A DNA stretch of 64,000 nt from Okamejei kenojei (lineage: Eukaryota): assembly GCA_035221665.1 (NCBI GenBank), contig JAVHYY010000112.1, positions 310,001-374,000 on the forward strand. Reading direction: 5' to 3'. The translations under genes and the position numbers were made by a program. Shown here piece after piece: positions 11,601 through 25,059 of the stretch (positions within the stretch are counted from its first letter, which is position 1; each line of letters starts with the position of its first letter). The notes beneath the pieces were generated by a model. That model had not been told where the DNA came from. It searched no databases and worked only from the letters and a program-made list of their open reading frames with translations.

Positions 11601-14600
11601 TAATTTTTCTCCCTCCAATTTTCGTAATTGACGAGCCAATCATTTTTGTGGTTTAACTCCGAATACAAATTGTATTTGTTTAGTATATTGGTATAGTTTT
11701 AAAACTTGGTCTGACTGTATTTTATTTAATTTATATTTCAATGCAAAGATTTTATTATGTTTTATCATGGTTGGGTTAACATCGTTCTCTGTGTCTAATT
11801 GTTTGATCTCCCTTTCCAATGCCTGTTGTTCCCTCCGATCCTCTTTATTATAAAATGCTTGAGAGGATATCATAAATCCACGAACATATACTTTAAAAGA
11901 TCCCCATAATAGAGGCGAAGATATTTCTGGCGTATCATTTATTTCAAAGCAAATCTTGATCTGTTTTGTGATGTATTATTGAGTTATTTTGTCTTTTAAA
12001 ATGTGTGGGTTAAATCTCCATTGTCCCTGATTTTCCGTTTTACCAGTTATTTTCATCATAAAAGTTAAAGGTGCATGATCTGAAATTATAATATTATGAT
12101 ATTTTGAATTATATGTGAGTGGGATAAGTTTTCAATCTACCAAAAAATAATCTATTCTTGAATGTTTTATGCACAGGTGAGTAAAATGAGTATGCTCGTC
12201 CAGCTGGGTTTTGCATTCTCCAAACATCTTGAATATTACTAGTATTTGTATATGCATTTATTAAATCACTGGAATGCGATTTAAGTTTCCGTTGTTTTGA
12301 TGATCTGTCCAAATAAGGATCTAGTGTACAATTTAAATCTCCTCAAATTATTAGGTTGTGTTGTGATAACTCCGGGATAGTATAACTTTTTTTTAACAAA
12401 ACAGCGGGCTGTCAAAATTTGGGCCGTATACATTGACAAAAATCATTTTTTGTGTATAATTCTCCTATTACAATAATATATCTACCATCACTATCAGTTA
12501 TTGTTGAAGTATGTTTAAATGAAGTGCCTTTACGAATTAATATTGCTACACCTCTAGATTTGTGTGTGAAAGAAGAATGATACACTTTGTCAATCCAATT
12601 AGCCTTTAATCTATGTTCTGCCTCTTTTTTTAGATGTGTCTCTTGGATGAATACCACATCTGCTTTAAGTGCTTTTAAATGTGCTAATACTTTACCTCTC
12701 TTAATTGGTTCGTTAATACCTTTAACATTCCAGCTACAAAACGTTATTCCTCCATTCCCCATATTCGTTTGTAAGTCTTGCATCTTTTATCTAAAGGGAT
12801 ATATAATAGGGCGAATGGTTCAGCTCGACATACCCGACTTTACACCCGAACTCCGAATAGATGAATTTCCAGACCCTTGAGTATCTCTCACGTATATATC
12901 TCCTTTGCATTAATTTATAACTCCATTCAAATATAAAATAATAATAACAATAAATAATATTAAAAAGGGATAGATTAAGAGATTAATAGACTTCCGTAGT
13001 CAATGTTACAAACTTATCCATCCCCATGATTCATTAAACTTGTTATTCCATAAAAATATTTAACCGGGAGTATTAAACTCTGATGTGTACAAAATCCATC
13101 AGTCAAGTATATACTAATATCTATACTTAATACTAATTAAAAGCAATAATAATAAGAAAATATAAAAAATAAAGTAATCAGAAAAAATAAGAAAAAGGGA
13201 AGAAAAATATAGAAAAAATAAATAAAAATAAATAAGAAGTACCAGGGGGGATAAATAAAGTCAAAGTTTATATTTTGTGTATTTATATTTACTATTTACT
13301 TAATTCTAAATCGGCAATAATTCATTGTTAATCATTAATTAGTAGTTATTAGTTTTAATTAATAATGATAATACCACAGTATTAATTTTGGTGTGTATTA
13401 GTTATTAATATTAGTAGTGTTACTATTCTAATTATTAGTATCCATAGGAAAGTCTCCAATCCGTATCTCCCCGAATCTCTCATCCGCATCTTTCTCCATC
13501 TTCTTTAGATGAAACAAGTCCATAGTCCATTCCAATCTTGAAAGTACAATTTAATTGTTGGTATAGTTCATCTTTGAAGATTTCATTCAGTCTACCTCTC
13601 GCTCCTTAATCCCTTGGGCAAAGCCCATTGCATCTGCTGGACTTTTGAAATAATGTTCTTCCTGGTTGTAGGTAATTCTCAGGGTGGCTGGGTACGTCAG
13701 ACTGTACTTCATATTCTTCACTTCCCTCAAAATTATTTTGGTCTCCTTGAACGCATTTCGTTTCTTGGAGACCTCTGCTGGATAGTCTCGGTAAATGCTG
13801 ATCGAATCTTCTTCATATGTAAGATTTCTACTTTTTACAATTTTGTTCATCATTTCCTCCAGAACGTGATCATACTGGACTTTTACTATCATTTGTCTTG
13901 GAGGAGCGTCTTGCTTTGTATGTCGCATTACTCTGTGTGCTCGGGCTAATAAAGGCTTTTGTTCTAGAGATAAAACCTTTTTCAATAAGTTTGCAGTAAA
14001 CTCTCGGGTATCTTGATTCTTTTCTCACCCTTCTCGAATACCCACGATCCTTAGGTTCTGTCTTCTCTGGCGTCCTTCCAACTTGGTACACTGATCAGTT
14101 ATTTTGCCCAGTAAGTCAGATAAACGCTGATTTTCTTTGAAGAGTGTTTTCGTAGTCTGAGTACTTGTTCGGCTAGTTCTTCAAGGTTTTTTTATGGCTG
14201 TCGACTGTTCCCTGATTTCTTCCACCACGGGTTCCATTTCTGTTTCCACCTTATTTTCGATTTTTTCATTCATCTCTTCCACTATATTTGCAGATTGATC
14301 CGTCAATATTTCTGCAATTTCCTTTCGCAGCTTGTCAGATAATTCCATGGCCGAGATATTGATTTCAGACTTTAACTCCTTCATCTCCTCCTTGTTTTTT
14401 TTTCTATTTCTTCCTTAAAATTCATTTTTGACAATTCAGTCTTTAATTCCAACTTTATTTGTTTCTTTAACTCTGCCATTTCTTGCACAAAAAAAACTTT
14501 GAGTTCTTCAATTTCCGATTTGTTCTTCGGTTTTTTCGACACATCTTCTAGGGATAGTGACCTACCTGAGGCCCAGGCTTCTGCCGGGCCTTGTTCTTGT

Positions 14601-14815
14601 TCTGCCGTTTTCCTTGTATACCGGAGTTTTGTTTTATTCACAGTTGGACTGCGCTGTGTTGACATTACGAGTCGTGCGCCTGATGACGTCACTCACGGCA
14701 GCCGGTGCAGAAACAGCAGGCAGCAGGTAGGTCTTTTCTCCCAGGTTTTTCCTCGTTTTTTCACGGAGGTGGCTGGCATTGCTTTCTAGTCCTCCATAGC
14801 GTCACCGGAAGTCCC
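8663..14815 (-). mobile_element. full-length decayed L1-clade LINE (ORF1 and ORF2 with EN and RT)
   Basis: ORF1 pieces at 14692-13587 (coiled coil; PRQMIVK...ISIYRDYP...YPATLRI). Endonuclease SWNVKG...IQETHL; RT LDAEKAFD, GCRQGCPLSP, LYADD. The 5' end is GGGACTTCCGG, there is an A-rich tail, and a 16-bp TSD ACATGGTTCCAATTTA sits at 8647-8662 and 14816-14831. Many stops and frameshifts. Confidence 0.96.
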
Positions 14816-14870
14816 ACATGGTTCCAATTTAATCCTTTGATTGAAGGCGGTTAAACGCCGTCTGAATTAA

Positions 14871-15345
14871 TAGAATCATAGAATCATAGAAAATAGGTGC
14901 AGGAGTAGGCCATTTGGCCCTTCGAGCCTGCACCGCCATTCTATATGATCATGGCTGATCATCCAACTGAGGATCCTGTACCTGCCCTCTCTCCATACCC
15001 CCTGATCCCTTTAGCCACAAAGGCCACATCTAACTCCCTCTTATATATAGCCAATTAACCGGCCTCAACTACCTTCTGTGGCAGAGATTCCACAGATTCA
15101 CCACTCTCTGTGTGAAAAGTAATTTTCTCATCTCGGTCCTAAAATACTTCCCCCTTATCCTTAAACTGTGATCCCTTATTCTGGAGTTCCCCAACATTGG
15201 GAACAATCTTCCTGCATCTAGCCTGCCCAACCCCTTAAGAATGTTGTAAGTCTCTATAAGATCCCCCCTCAATCTCCTAAATACCAGCGAGTTGTAGCCG
15301 AGTCTATCCAGTATTCCAGCGAGTACAAGCCGAGTCTATCCAGTT
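14871..15345 (-). mobile_element. CR1 LINE 3' fragment
   Basis: RGDLIETYNILKGL...FTQRVVNLWN, with a (TTCTATGA)n tail. Confidence 0.9.
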
Positions 15346-15999
15346 GTAACTAGACCCTCAGTATTGGATCTACACACTCACTATAAGCGATCATGTGCTG
15401 TCTAGTAACGACAGCTGCCTTCTCCTGCTTCCATTCGCAAACGAAAGCATGAACACAATGATGTCATCCGGTTTTTGTGTCCGGATGTGAATTTCAGGTG
15501 CACTGCTTCGTAGACACTACAGACCTAGAGCCTTAGCTTGAGAACCTTTAGAAACAACAATAACTTTATAGAAGCAACGACACGCGAAAAGAGATGTCAA
15601 AGCAGGTGCAAGAGTCATTCCGAGAAACGCGTGCTTTTCTTTAGAAGCCGTCTTGAATGTTTACTACGCGTTTATTTTTGTAGGTCAATGACTTTCAGAT
15701 CAGATGCCGCAATTTCCTTCTGTCATAACAGTCCTTGGGAAACCTGGGTAAATAAATGTCTTATGCCACGACTGGATTTAACTTCATTCACGACGTAGGA
15801 GAGAATTTCAGGATATGAAACGCGTCAGAAGGTAGTCAAAGGCTGGGGATGTCAAATGAATGGCGAGGTAGATATTTTCCCGTCCAATTAGCGGGCGAGA
15901 TGCTTGGTAGTGTAGAGCCAACGAAATGTACCTGCGCGTCCGAACAGACCACGCAACTTCATCCTGTCCACAGCTGTAACCGCCTGTGAAATCATGTGG

Positions 16000-16038
16000 T
16001 GTTTTTGTACAGGCTCAGCACCGCAACGAGACGCTGTG
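16000..16038 (-). other. 23-RSS
   Basis: CACAGCG, 23 nt, ACAAAAACA. Confidence 0.93.
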
Positions 16039-16345
16039 GGGCTCAGGGCGCAGTAATACACTGCCGAGTCCTCCAGTTGTGCTTCAGACACAGTCAATAG
16101 GACGATCCGCCCCGAATCATCAAGAGAGGTTGAAAAGTGTTGACCCGGTGAATGTTTCTGGCTTGAGCTGTACTTGCTTATCCAGAGCATAAATTCCATG
16201 GGTCCACCGAAATATTGACGGTACCAGTACAGATACGGAACTTGTGTGCTCGTAGCTGTGTAGTTACAGCGCAGCACAACGACACCACCTTCGCTTACTG
16301 CGATTGCAGCCGATGTCTGTGAAATGGAATCCCCCCGACAATACC
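16039..16345 (-). CDS. TCR alpha/delta V exon (open frame; leader unresolved)
   Basis: After ttgcAG: GYCRGDSISQTSAAIAVSEGGVVVLRCNYTATSTQVPYLYWYRQYFGGPMEFML...VSEAQLEDSAVYYCALSP, with classic TRAV motifs. Confidence 0.92.
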
Positions 16346-17368
16346 CTGCAAGAAGCCGGAACGACATTAAATGAGACAATTTCGCTGTGCCGCCCGTACA
16401 CTGAATAATATCCTCATTCTGAAATTCCTACGTTCAAAATATATCTAAGGAATACAACAGCCGAGTATGGTCCCACATCAATGGACAACAAGGTCCCATA
16501 TCAGCTGATTCCAGGTTGGAAACATCCACCAGACAATACCTCCTGATCCTCTCGTAATGTGAATGAAAGAGTCCATGGGGACGGTAGTTTCACCCCTCAT
16601 CTGACTGAGGGCGNNNNNNNNNNNNNNNNNNNNNNNNNNNNNNNNNNNNNNNNNNNNNNNNNNNNNNNNNNNNNNNNNNNNNNNNNNNNNNNNNNNNNNN
16701 NNNNNNNNNNNNNNNNNNNNNNNNNNNNNNNNNNNNNNNNNNNNNNNNNNNNNNNNNAGGCCGATTTAATAAAATATCAACTGCGGATGCGAAGTGCAGA
16801 CGCGTGTAACGCGTGAACTTACCGATTAAGGAAGCGGCTGATAGGCAAATAGAACACAAATTAAATGTGAACATGCTTGCAGAGAGTTGTTGGCGGATTT
16901 GAACCGCCAGGGATGTCTATCGTATTTGTTTTATTACGGATTTGCGAGGAAAGAGTAACCTTCGGACCCTGATTGGGTAAATCCGGACATAGGCGGTAAG
17001 TGACACCCAATCGTCTCTGCGGAGAATTGTTCACGATTCCACCACTCAGATAGCAGCTGTGTCTGTTTCACGTTGACTCGAGGCATGTTTCCGAGCTGCG
17101 AAAGCAATAGATTCAGCCCCGGAGCAATTGGCGACTGTTTCGCGAACAATTATTTGGAACCGAGACTGCCGCCAGCTTAAAACAGTTTCCAAAGGAGATT
17201 AAAACCCACATGCTCTTTGCAACATGGATTTAGTTGAAGTCCTCTCAGTCCTAAATTTAAATAATCGGGTGCATCTTTGCTGTGTGGATCTGGACTGCTA
17301 CCCAGTCTTAAACATTAATTGTCGACAAAGAGGCATTGAATTGAATGTAACTGCCCTGGGCAGGTAAG

Positions 17369-17386
17369 TGGCCACTAGAGGGCAGC
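17369..17386 (+). promoter_or_regulatory. strong CTCF-binding motif
   Basis: TGGCCACTAGAGGGCAGC fits the CTCF consensus; about 1 kb upstream of the V exon at 16345. Confidence 0.65.
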
Positions 17387-17791
17387 AACTGCCGCGGCCA
17401 AGCGAATCTTTGCCATTTTAAATTGGCCGCGCTGGAGGTCCAAAACTTACTCGCCTGATGAGTTGACTATATTCACCACCTACGTATCTGATTGTCCAAT
17501 TTTCAGAAGTCGTTTTTTTTTGTGACGTGGTATCGTCTCGATTCCCGGTGTGAGAATAGCCTTAGGTTCACGCCGTTTATGGAGTTAGTCTTGGACTAAC
17601 CACCTATCGGTCAGGGTACCCAACTTCAATTTCAACGTCGCCGTTACGTGGACGGTCGGCACAGCTTTATTCAGTCAGCCCCATCACTGCACTGTTCGTA
17701 ACATTTACAGGCAAGCATCTGCCCAGTTACTGAGCTCTTACTGAAAGCATAGCCACGCCTATGTGTCTCGCGGTAATGCTATTCGAACAGA

Positions 17792-17851
17792 GGCGCAGTG
17801 GCCAAGTGGCAAGGCGTCGGTCTCGTAAACCGAAGATCGCGGGTTCAAATC
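17792..17851 (+). pseudogene. tRNA-Thr(CGT) pseudogene, 3'-truncated
   Basis: GGCGCAGTGGCCAAGTGGCAAGGCGTCGGTCTCGTAAACCGAAGATCGCGGGTTCAAATC; the 3' acceptor strand is missing. Confidence 0.85.
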
Positions 17852-18187
17852 GCAGGTTTGTTTGACAATATTCTTCAAGCGACGCGACTGCATTTATTAT
17901 CAGTGTACGATTGCCCATTGACCTGGATTCAGAATTTCAGAGCTTGTTTCAGGTTTGATTGCCCTTTTGGGGATAGCATAACTTTACTGCGATTCCGGAG
18001 ATAGACCTGGATGAACACCTCTCGGTGCCTTTCATCTCCTTCGATTTCGGCCTCGCCATCTCCACCTAGGCGATTTAATCTGTATCGCTGTACAACTCGA
18101 TCCAGATCAGAAGCTTTGATGTGTTTTACTTCTCGTTATCCAGCTCCACCCATGTCTAAATTATCCAGACATCACCAATAAAACACC

Positions 18188-18257
18188 GGCACGGTGGCTG
18201 TGGCAAGGCTTCGGTCTCGTAAACCGAAGATCGCGGGTTCAAATCCCCTCCGTGCCT
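18188..18257 (+). tRNA. tRNA-Thr(CGT), probably a pseudogene (shortened D-arm)
   Basis: GGCACGG...CCGTGCCT acceptor stem, TCGGT-CTCGTAA-ACCGA anticodon arm and GGTTCAAATCC T-arm; the D-arm/A-box is about 2 nt short. Confidence 0.8.
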
Positions 18258-18378
18258 GCAGTCGGTGACGTGCCTTTAATATTACACGTTGAGCCGCCTG
18301 ATCCCTTTTCCAGATAGAATGACTGGTGCAGAGGGTCTTTCGTCGCCGGTCATCACTGCACGCTTGCGCAAGTCATTG

Positions 18379-19410
18379 ACTCCAATGGATATCTGGACTA
18401 CACTTCTAACTACCCTGCTTCCTGTAAGACTCCACCCCCTATTCCAAACTCCTCCGTCTACGCCGCATCTGCACCCAGGATGAGATGTTCCACACCAGGG
18501 CATCGGAAATGTCCTCATTCTTCAGGGAACGGGGGTTCCCCTCTTCTAGCATATACGAGGCTCTCATCAGGGTCTCTTCTATAGCCCGTGACTCTGCTCT
18601 CACTCCCCATTCGCTTATGCTTCCACCGTACCAGCCACCACATATAACAAATAATCCTCCGACATTTTCGTCACCTCGAACGTGATTCCACCACTTGCCA
18701 CATCTTCCCATCTCCTTCCCTGTCTGCTTTCCGCAGAGACCGCTCCCTCCGTAACTCCCTCGTCAATTCGTCCCTTCCCACCCAAACCACCCCCTCTCCG
18801 GGCACTTTCTCTTGCAACCGCAAGAAATGCAACACTAGTCGCTTTACCTCCCACGTTGACTCCATTCAAGGACCCAAGCAGTCCTTCCAGGTGCGGCAGA
18901 GGTTCACCTGCACCCCCTTCAACCTCATCTATTGCATCCGCTGCTCTAGATGTCAGCTGCTCTACATCGGTGAGACCAAGCGTAGGCTTGGCGATCGCTT
19001 CGCCGAACACCTCCGTTCGGTTCGCAATAACCAACCTGATCTCCCGGTGGCTCAGCACTTCAACTCCCCCTCCCATTCCGAATCCGACCTTTCTGTCCTG
19101 GAACTCGTCCATGGCCAGTGTGAGGACCACCGTAAATTGGAGCAGCAGCACCGCATATTTCGCTTGGGCTGTTTACACCCCAGCGGTATGAACATTGTCT
19201 TCTCTACTTTCAGGTAGTCCTTTCTTTATCTTCCCCTTCTCAACTATGCCATCAGCCCTCTGGCTCCACCTCTTCCTTTCTTCCTCCCACCCGCCCCCCC
19301 CCCCAACCCTCACATCAGTCTGAAGAAGGGTTTCGACCCGAAACATTGCCTGTTTCCTTCGCTCCATAGATGCTGCCTCACCCTCTGAGTTTCTCCAGTA
19401 TTTTTGTCGA
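18379..19410 (+). mobile_element. Penelope-like retroelement 3' part with GIY-YIG endonuclease
   Basis: NLIYCIRCSRCQLLYIGETKRRLGDRFAEH...PVAQHFN...GMN at 18891-19217; hammerhead-like core at 19320-19344. Confidence 0.92.
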
Positions 19411-20055
19411 CCTGCGCAAGTCGATCGTTTGCTAGACCTTGTATAGACTCGCGGTATAAAGCAGGAATGACTTTGATGAGATTCAGTGGAGTAGTATCGA
19501 AGACGAAACGTGTGAACCTAGGTAGGGTATGGATTCGAGCTGAACTACGCCAGTGTATCGCGTGAGGTCGGCACGTATATATTTTTGCATCAGCACAGTA
19601 ATTGTAATAATTCAGACTGAAGAATGATCTCGACCCGAAACGTCACCCATTCCGTCTCTCCATTGATGCTGCCTCACCCGCTGAGTTGCTCCAGCATTTT
19701 GTGTCTAGAGCCGACCGCAGGTTGAACTGGGTTATTGATCGTTAGGAGGAATAGAGATACGTGAGAGCAGTAAACGAAACATACTTTCTTGACTCTGGGG
19801 ATGTGTCCAGACCTCAAACCTGTCTGTATATTTTCGCAGATTCTGCCTGATACGCTGCGTTTTAGAAGCAGTTGTAGTTTGTCCATTGTGGGCAGGGAAG
19901 ACAAAGTATGGCGTAGACTAAGACTAGCAATGTTCAAACACAAATTGTTTGAGGAACACAGGAATACCAAATGCAGCTAAACGACAAATTGTAATTTAAA
20001 GTAAAAACAGGTCACGAGTAAAATAAACTGCAGATAGATTTGAGAGCCGTAAAGA

Positions 20056-20160
20056 GATCTCCCTCTCTCTGTCTCTCTCGCCCCCCTCTCTCCCCCCTCT
20101 CTCTCCCTCCCTCTCTCTCCCTCCCTCTCACTCTGCCTCTCGCTATCTATCTCCCTCTCT
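20056..20160. repeat. (CT)n-rich simple repeat
   Basis: Visible pyrimidine dinucleotide tract. Confidence 0.9.
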
Positions 20161-20169
20161 TGTGCTGCT

Positions 20170-21490
20170 TAATAATAACGAGTGGCTTCGTGTAATACAA
20201 TGGCCGACGGTGAAATGTAGGCAGGATGGGACTGAATGTTAAAGGATCCAGTGTAGTGCAAATGATGACAGGTAACAAGGACAGTAGACAATAAACAATA
20301 GGTGCAGGAGTAGGCCATTCGGCCCTTCGAGCCAGCACCGGCATTTACTCTGATCATCATGGCAGATCATCCACAACCAGTACCCCGTTCCAGCCTTCTC
20401 CCAATATCTATTGACGCCGCTATCTTTAAGAGCTCTATTTAACTCTCTCTTGAAAGCATCCAGAAATTTGGGCTCCACTGCCTTCTGAGGCAGAGAATTC
20501 GACAGATTCACAACTGTCTGGGGGAAAAAATCCTCGTCTCCGTTTATATTGCCTACGCCTTATTCTCACACTGCGGCGCCTGCTTCTGGATTTCTCCAAC
20601 ATCGGGAACATGTTTCCTGCCTCGAACATGAATGATCCCTTAATAATCGTACATCTTTCAATAAGATCCCTTCCCAACCTCGTCTCGGAAAAGATGCCAA
20701 TACCCCTTTTGAAATAAGGAGTAGCGTCTGGTCCATGAGGGCAGGGTTAATTTAAAACAGCGACTGGTTCCCGTGCAGCAAAGGCGATGAAAATGTAAAC
20801 AGAGGCGAGGCCTGGATTAACGGGGAGACGTTTTATTGAAACAGTGACCAGAAAGCACAGCGTTACAGACACTGCGGCACCGACATTAGGCAGATGACGC
20901 TAGGCAGATGACGCTGGAAATATAGAGCAGAGCAGGTGGCCACAGGTAAAAATACAAACAGGGTTCAAGCTTCAGGTCAAAGATCCTCATGAGAGCAATG
21001 ACAACCCAGCGTTAAATGAAACAGGCCGAGTGATTGGACAGAAGAGACTGCATAAGATGCAAAGGAAACGGTGGTAAAATTTGCATCAGTGACCAGTGTA
21101 ATACCGTTGAGGCTGTGGCGAAGTGGGTTTATGCAATATGCCCAGTGACTGAGTTTGATGTATTCTGATGTTAGGTTCAACGAAGGGCGGTATCACCAAT
21201 GAAAGGGTAGAAGCGGCGGGTGCACCTGGAATACGTAATGAAATGAACAATTTGTAATGGGAAATACATTAATTTAACTTTAAGCTTCACATCATATCGT
21301 ATGAACGTCGAGTTAATACAAAATTGCCTAACAGCTGCTGAACAAACGAACCATCGCCTTCCACCCAAAAATAATTGGTGATCACCAAATATGCATCATT
21401 ATCCACAGGTCTCCCTGATCATTCATCCATCTATTATTATTTATCTATTTCCTGGCAGTCCACACGAGCACAGCAGCAATCACAGGCAAG
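20170..21490. repeat. local duplication, copy A (GPCR 3' flank), interrupted by a CR1 fragment
   Basis: Colinear with 26985-27850; shared strings include cttcgtgtaatacaatggccg, gaagcggcgggt and ccacccaaaaataattggtgatc. Confidence 0.85.
20285..20680 (-). mobile_element. CR1 LINE 3' fragment
   Basis: NSLPQKAVE...FKRELNRALK...KAGTGY plus the CR1 3' UTR. Confidence 0.85.
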
Positions 21491-21908
21491 AAGACGCAGG
21501 GAACACACAACAGCACTCGGCAATTCTGCTTGGCAGAGAAATAACATGCAAACAAATCAAGACATTTAATGCAAAGCTTAATTGGAATTCGCCCATGGAT
21601 GTGCAAGGGTTGGACCGTGGTGTGCCGTTCATGAGCGACGCGTTTTGAATAGGACGAGTGAGACAGCTCAACGATGGAAGAATATTATTTAGAAGCTCTT
21701 TCCGTAAATATATTATCTAACCCGTTGTTGTACCGCTGGTCTCTTGTGCTCAAACACCCTGAGAACGCGCACAGAGCCATATTGAAGATAAGAGATTGTG
21801 AATCACACCGCTCTGCCCTCGTCCCGACACACGTTTTAATTTGAAAATATCTTTATGATTTGCACTTATTATCATGGGAATCAAATGCTGTATTCTCACA
21901 TGTACTCA

Positions 21909-22817
21909 CTATTTGATCCATTTCCTAAATGTCTTCAAGGAGGATTGAATCGCATTGTTCAACTGCTTTCTAAATTTGGTCTGCGGCCCAGCATAAATAC
22001 ACGAGTTGGTGCAGGAACTGAGAAGGTCCAGCATGTATCCGCTTTCCTGTAGAATAAACCTGGGGTCATTGGAAATGGAGCCGCTGGCATTGTTATTAGT
22101 GGTAAATTGCACAAATAGAAATTGACAAAATACGCCAACCGCAACAGGAGAAAACTGCCCGAGATTGCCATGAATTATATGATGGACTTTCTCCTGCTCC
22201 CCATCTCCGGGTCCCTCTGTTTGGGACCATTGCTCTGGGCCCGGAGCCTCCTACGAACTCCACTGGCTGACATAATGTATCTGACCGTCAGAATATTGAG
22301 CATGAAAATCGAAACGAACGGGAACAAGCGATTTATAATGCGGTCAAACCAGTCAGAAACGCTCCATACAATCGAAGGATAATATATATATATTTAATGG
22401 TGCAGTACCAGGGTACATCATCAAGGATGTAGGCATGCTCGTATACAAAGTAAGTTGGGACGTTTTACAAACAACACAGCACACATATTATACACACAAC
22501 GCTATTCGCGTTTCTTTCACGTCAATAGCTAAGCTTCAGTCTCTGGCAACGAATGGCGATGAAGCGATCGAATGTGAATGCGACCGTCAACCAAACGGGC
22601 GTGTCCTTGGGCGCCAAGCTCAGGACAATAACGAAACTGCAACCCGGAATGATGGAGAGGAAGCTGACAGGAAAATATAACGCTCCAAGTCGGCTTAATA
22701 TCACAGCGTTGACAATGATAAGGAAATCCGCCACTGCCAGGAACACCAGGTAGCGAGTGATGCATTTGGAGAGACCACATACTCCGAGGGACAGGATGAC
22801 TATCGTTACTAAGTTCA
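21909..22817 (-). pseudogene. GPR139-like GPCR pseudogene (exon 2)
   Basis: After cttacAG: NLVTIVILSLGVCGLSKCITRYLVFLAVADFL...VWLTVAFTFDRFIAIRCQRLKLSY*, then AISGSFLLLRLAY and QESGYMLDLLSSCTNSCIYAG. Stops and frameshifts; no exon 1 found. Confidence 0.93.
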
Positions 22818-23089
22818 CTGTAAGAGAGAGATAGTGGATCAGTAGGAATCAGGCTGCCCTCTACCTCATAAGCGTATTGAGGAAAGGGGAACATTTATTT
22901 TCCCAATTAATATTTATGCTATTGGAATCCCGGAATGGATATCAACTTGTGCTTATAGTTGATTATGCCGGCTGAACTCGCGAATGTTAATCAAAGGTCT
23001 TGATTGCCCGCTTCAATGATCCAGACTGGTAAAGGTCCCCTCGAATACCCACCCACGGGGAACATCGTTCTCCCTTTCACTCGAGTTCT

Positions 23090-23300
23090 GTTATCACCCT
23101 CGCAAGGGGCAATTTACAGAGGGGGATTAACGTGCATCCCCCAAGGCTTTGGATGTGGGCGGACACGGAGCACCTGGAAGAAATCGACACGGTCACGTGG
23201 AGAACGTGCAAATTCTACACGAACAGCATCCGAGGTCAGCGTCGCACCTGAGTTGATGGCGCTCTGAGGCACCCGCACTACCATCAGCTTCATGGTGGCG
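23090..23300 (-). mobile_element. HE1-like tRNA-derived SINE
   Basis: Reverse-complement match to the SINE at 50712 (tttgcacgttctcc...gtgacc). Confidence 0.7.
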
Positions 23301-23699
23301 CCCCCCCCCCCTTGAATTTGTACCTTCACGAATTCTATGAGAAAAAAAGGATCGATGAACACTGTCAATTGATAACACGCATTCATAAACCAGGGTGGTA
23401 TTGGACTGCACGTAATATGCGGAATTTAGTCAAGGTAGATGATGGGAAACTGAATTCCATGCGCTATCAGGGTTGCAAATAGAACCTTAGAAACACGGGC
23501 AAGTGAAGTTCAGAGCCAACTAAGAACATAAGCAGACAAGATTATAAAATACAATGAACGATATTGTGGAAAGGAATTTACAGCAGATTAAAAGATCAAT
23601 TGCCGTGACCTCTATACAGTTATTTAGAGTGTGCCGCGGCCAGCGAATCCTTAAAAGCACCAATCAATATAGCTGCATCAATTTTTATATACCTGCAGA

Positions 23700-24330
23700 A
23701 AGGAGCATTGGTTATTGTGCATTCAGAACATCCTCCCGACATTCAAGGGCTCTGGTGAGTCAACATCTTTCGTATTGTGTACAGTTTTGGCTCCTAATTT
23801 GAGGAAGGACCTCCTTGTGATTGAGGCAGTGCAGCGTGGGTACACAAGATTATTCCCTGGGATGGCGGGACTGTCATATGAGGAAAGGTTGAAAAGCGGA
23901 GGCTTGTATTCACTGGAGTTTAGAAAATGAGGGGAATCTTATAGAAACATATACAATTATAAAAGGACTTGACAAACTAGATGCAGTAAAAATGTTCCCA
24001 ATGATGGGCGAGTCCAGAACAAGGGGCCACAGTCTTAGAATAAAGGAGAGGTTATTTAGGACTGAGGTGCGAAAAATATTTTTCACCCAGAGAGTTGTGA
24101 ATTCATGGAATTCCCAGCCACGGAGGGCAGTGGGGGCCAGTTCACTGGATTGAGTTAAGAGAGAGTTAGATAGAGCTCTACGGGCTAGTGGAGTCAAGTT
24201 ATATGGGGAGAAAGGAGGCACGGGATATTGATATGGGACGATCAGTCATGATCACAATGAATGGCGGTGCTGGCTCGAAGGGCCGAATAGCCTCCTCCTG
24301 CACCTATTTTCTATGTTTCTATTTTCTATG
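23700..24330 (+). mobile_element. CR1 LINE 3' fragment
   Basis: HLSYCVQFW, GMAGLSYEERL and a tttctatg tail. Confidence 0.9.
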
Positions 24331-25059
24331 TGACGCGACATCCTTCAGCCGAACAAGGGGTAGTTGTCCTTCGTCAGATCCTCAAAAAGATCGCTAAAAT
24401 CACCGACCTCAAAAATATAGCTAAAATCACGAGAGTTCCACAGAAGCTGGGCCACTCTCTCATTCCTCTGCTATCGTCGGGAAGAAGTTATAGAAACATG
24501 AACATTCTGATAATCAAGTTCAAAAGCAGCGTTTACGCTGCAACCATTGATTGCTTGATTTTCATCTGTATGTTATTGCGTGGACCCGCATGTTAAATTA
24601 CAGGAAGCACGAATTGCATTGTTCCATTCATAATGCATACGACATTTATCCACTTTGGCTCTCTTGGGAATACGGATGTATGCAAGGTTATGCAATAGAG
24701 GTGTGACTGAGGGCTATCATTTCAAAATCTCTATGTTGATGGGGACAATGACTTGTCTCTCGCTACTCCACTTGGAAATTCGGTGTTGACTTCGGTTTTT
24801 AACAATCAACAGTGATGGCGGTGTGGAACTAGCACAATACAAGACAATTCAACCCAACGATACCCAATTAATAAAGGGCAACAGCATGATAATGTTTATT
24901 TTAGATAGAGGTAGAGGGATACCGCATGGAACATGCCCAATTGTCCACCGAGTCCGTAGTTGTTGAAACAACACCTACACAAATGTAGTCCAATTTGATG
25001 CACTGCCCATTTTTATCAATTAATCCCGCATTCTACCATTCACCTATACACTTGAGGTT

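Noticed and set aside
16559-16874. ORFs spanning N-runs (also near 36972, 37391, 51002 and 58340)
   Set aside because: Artefacts of assembly gaps.
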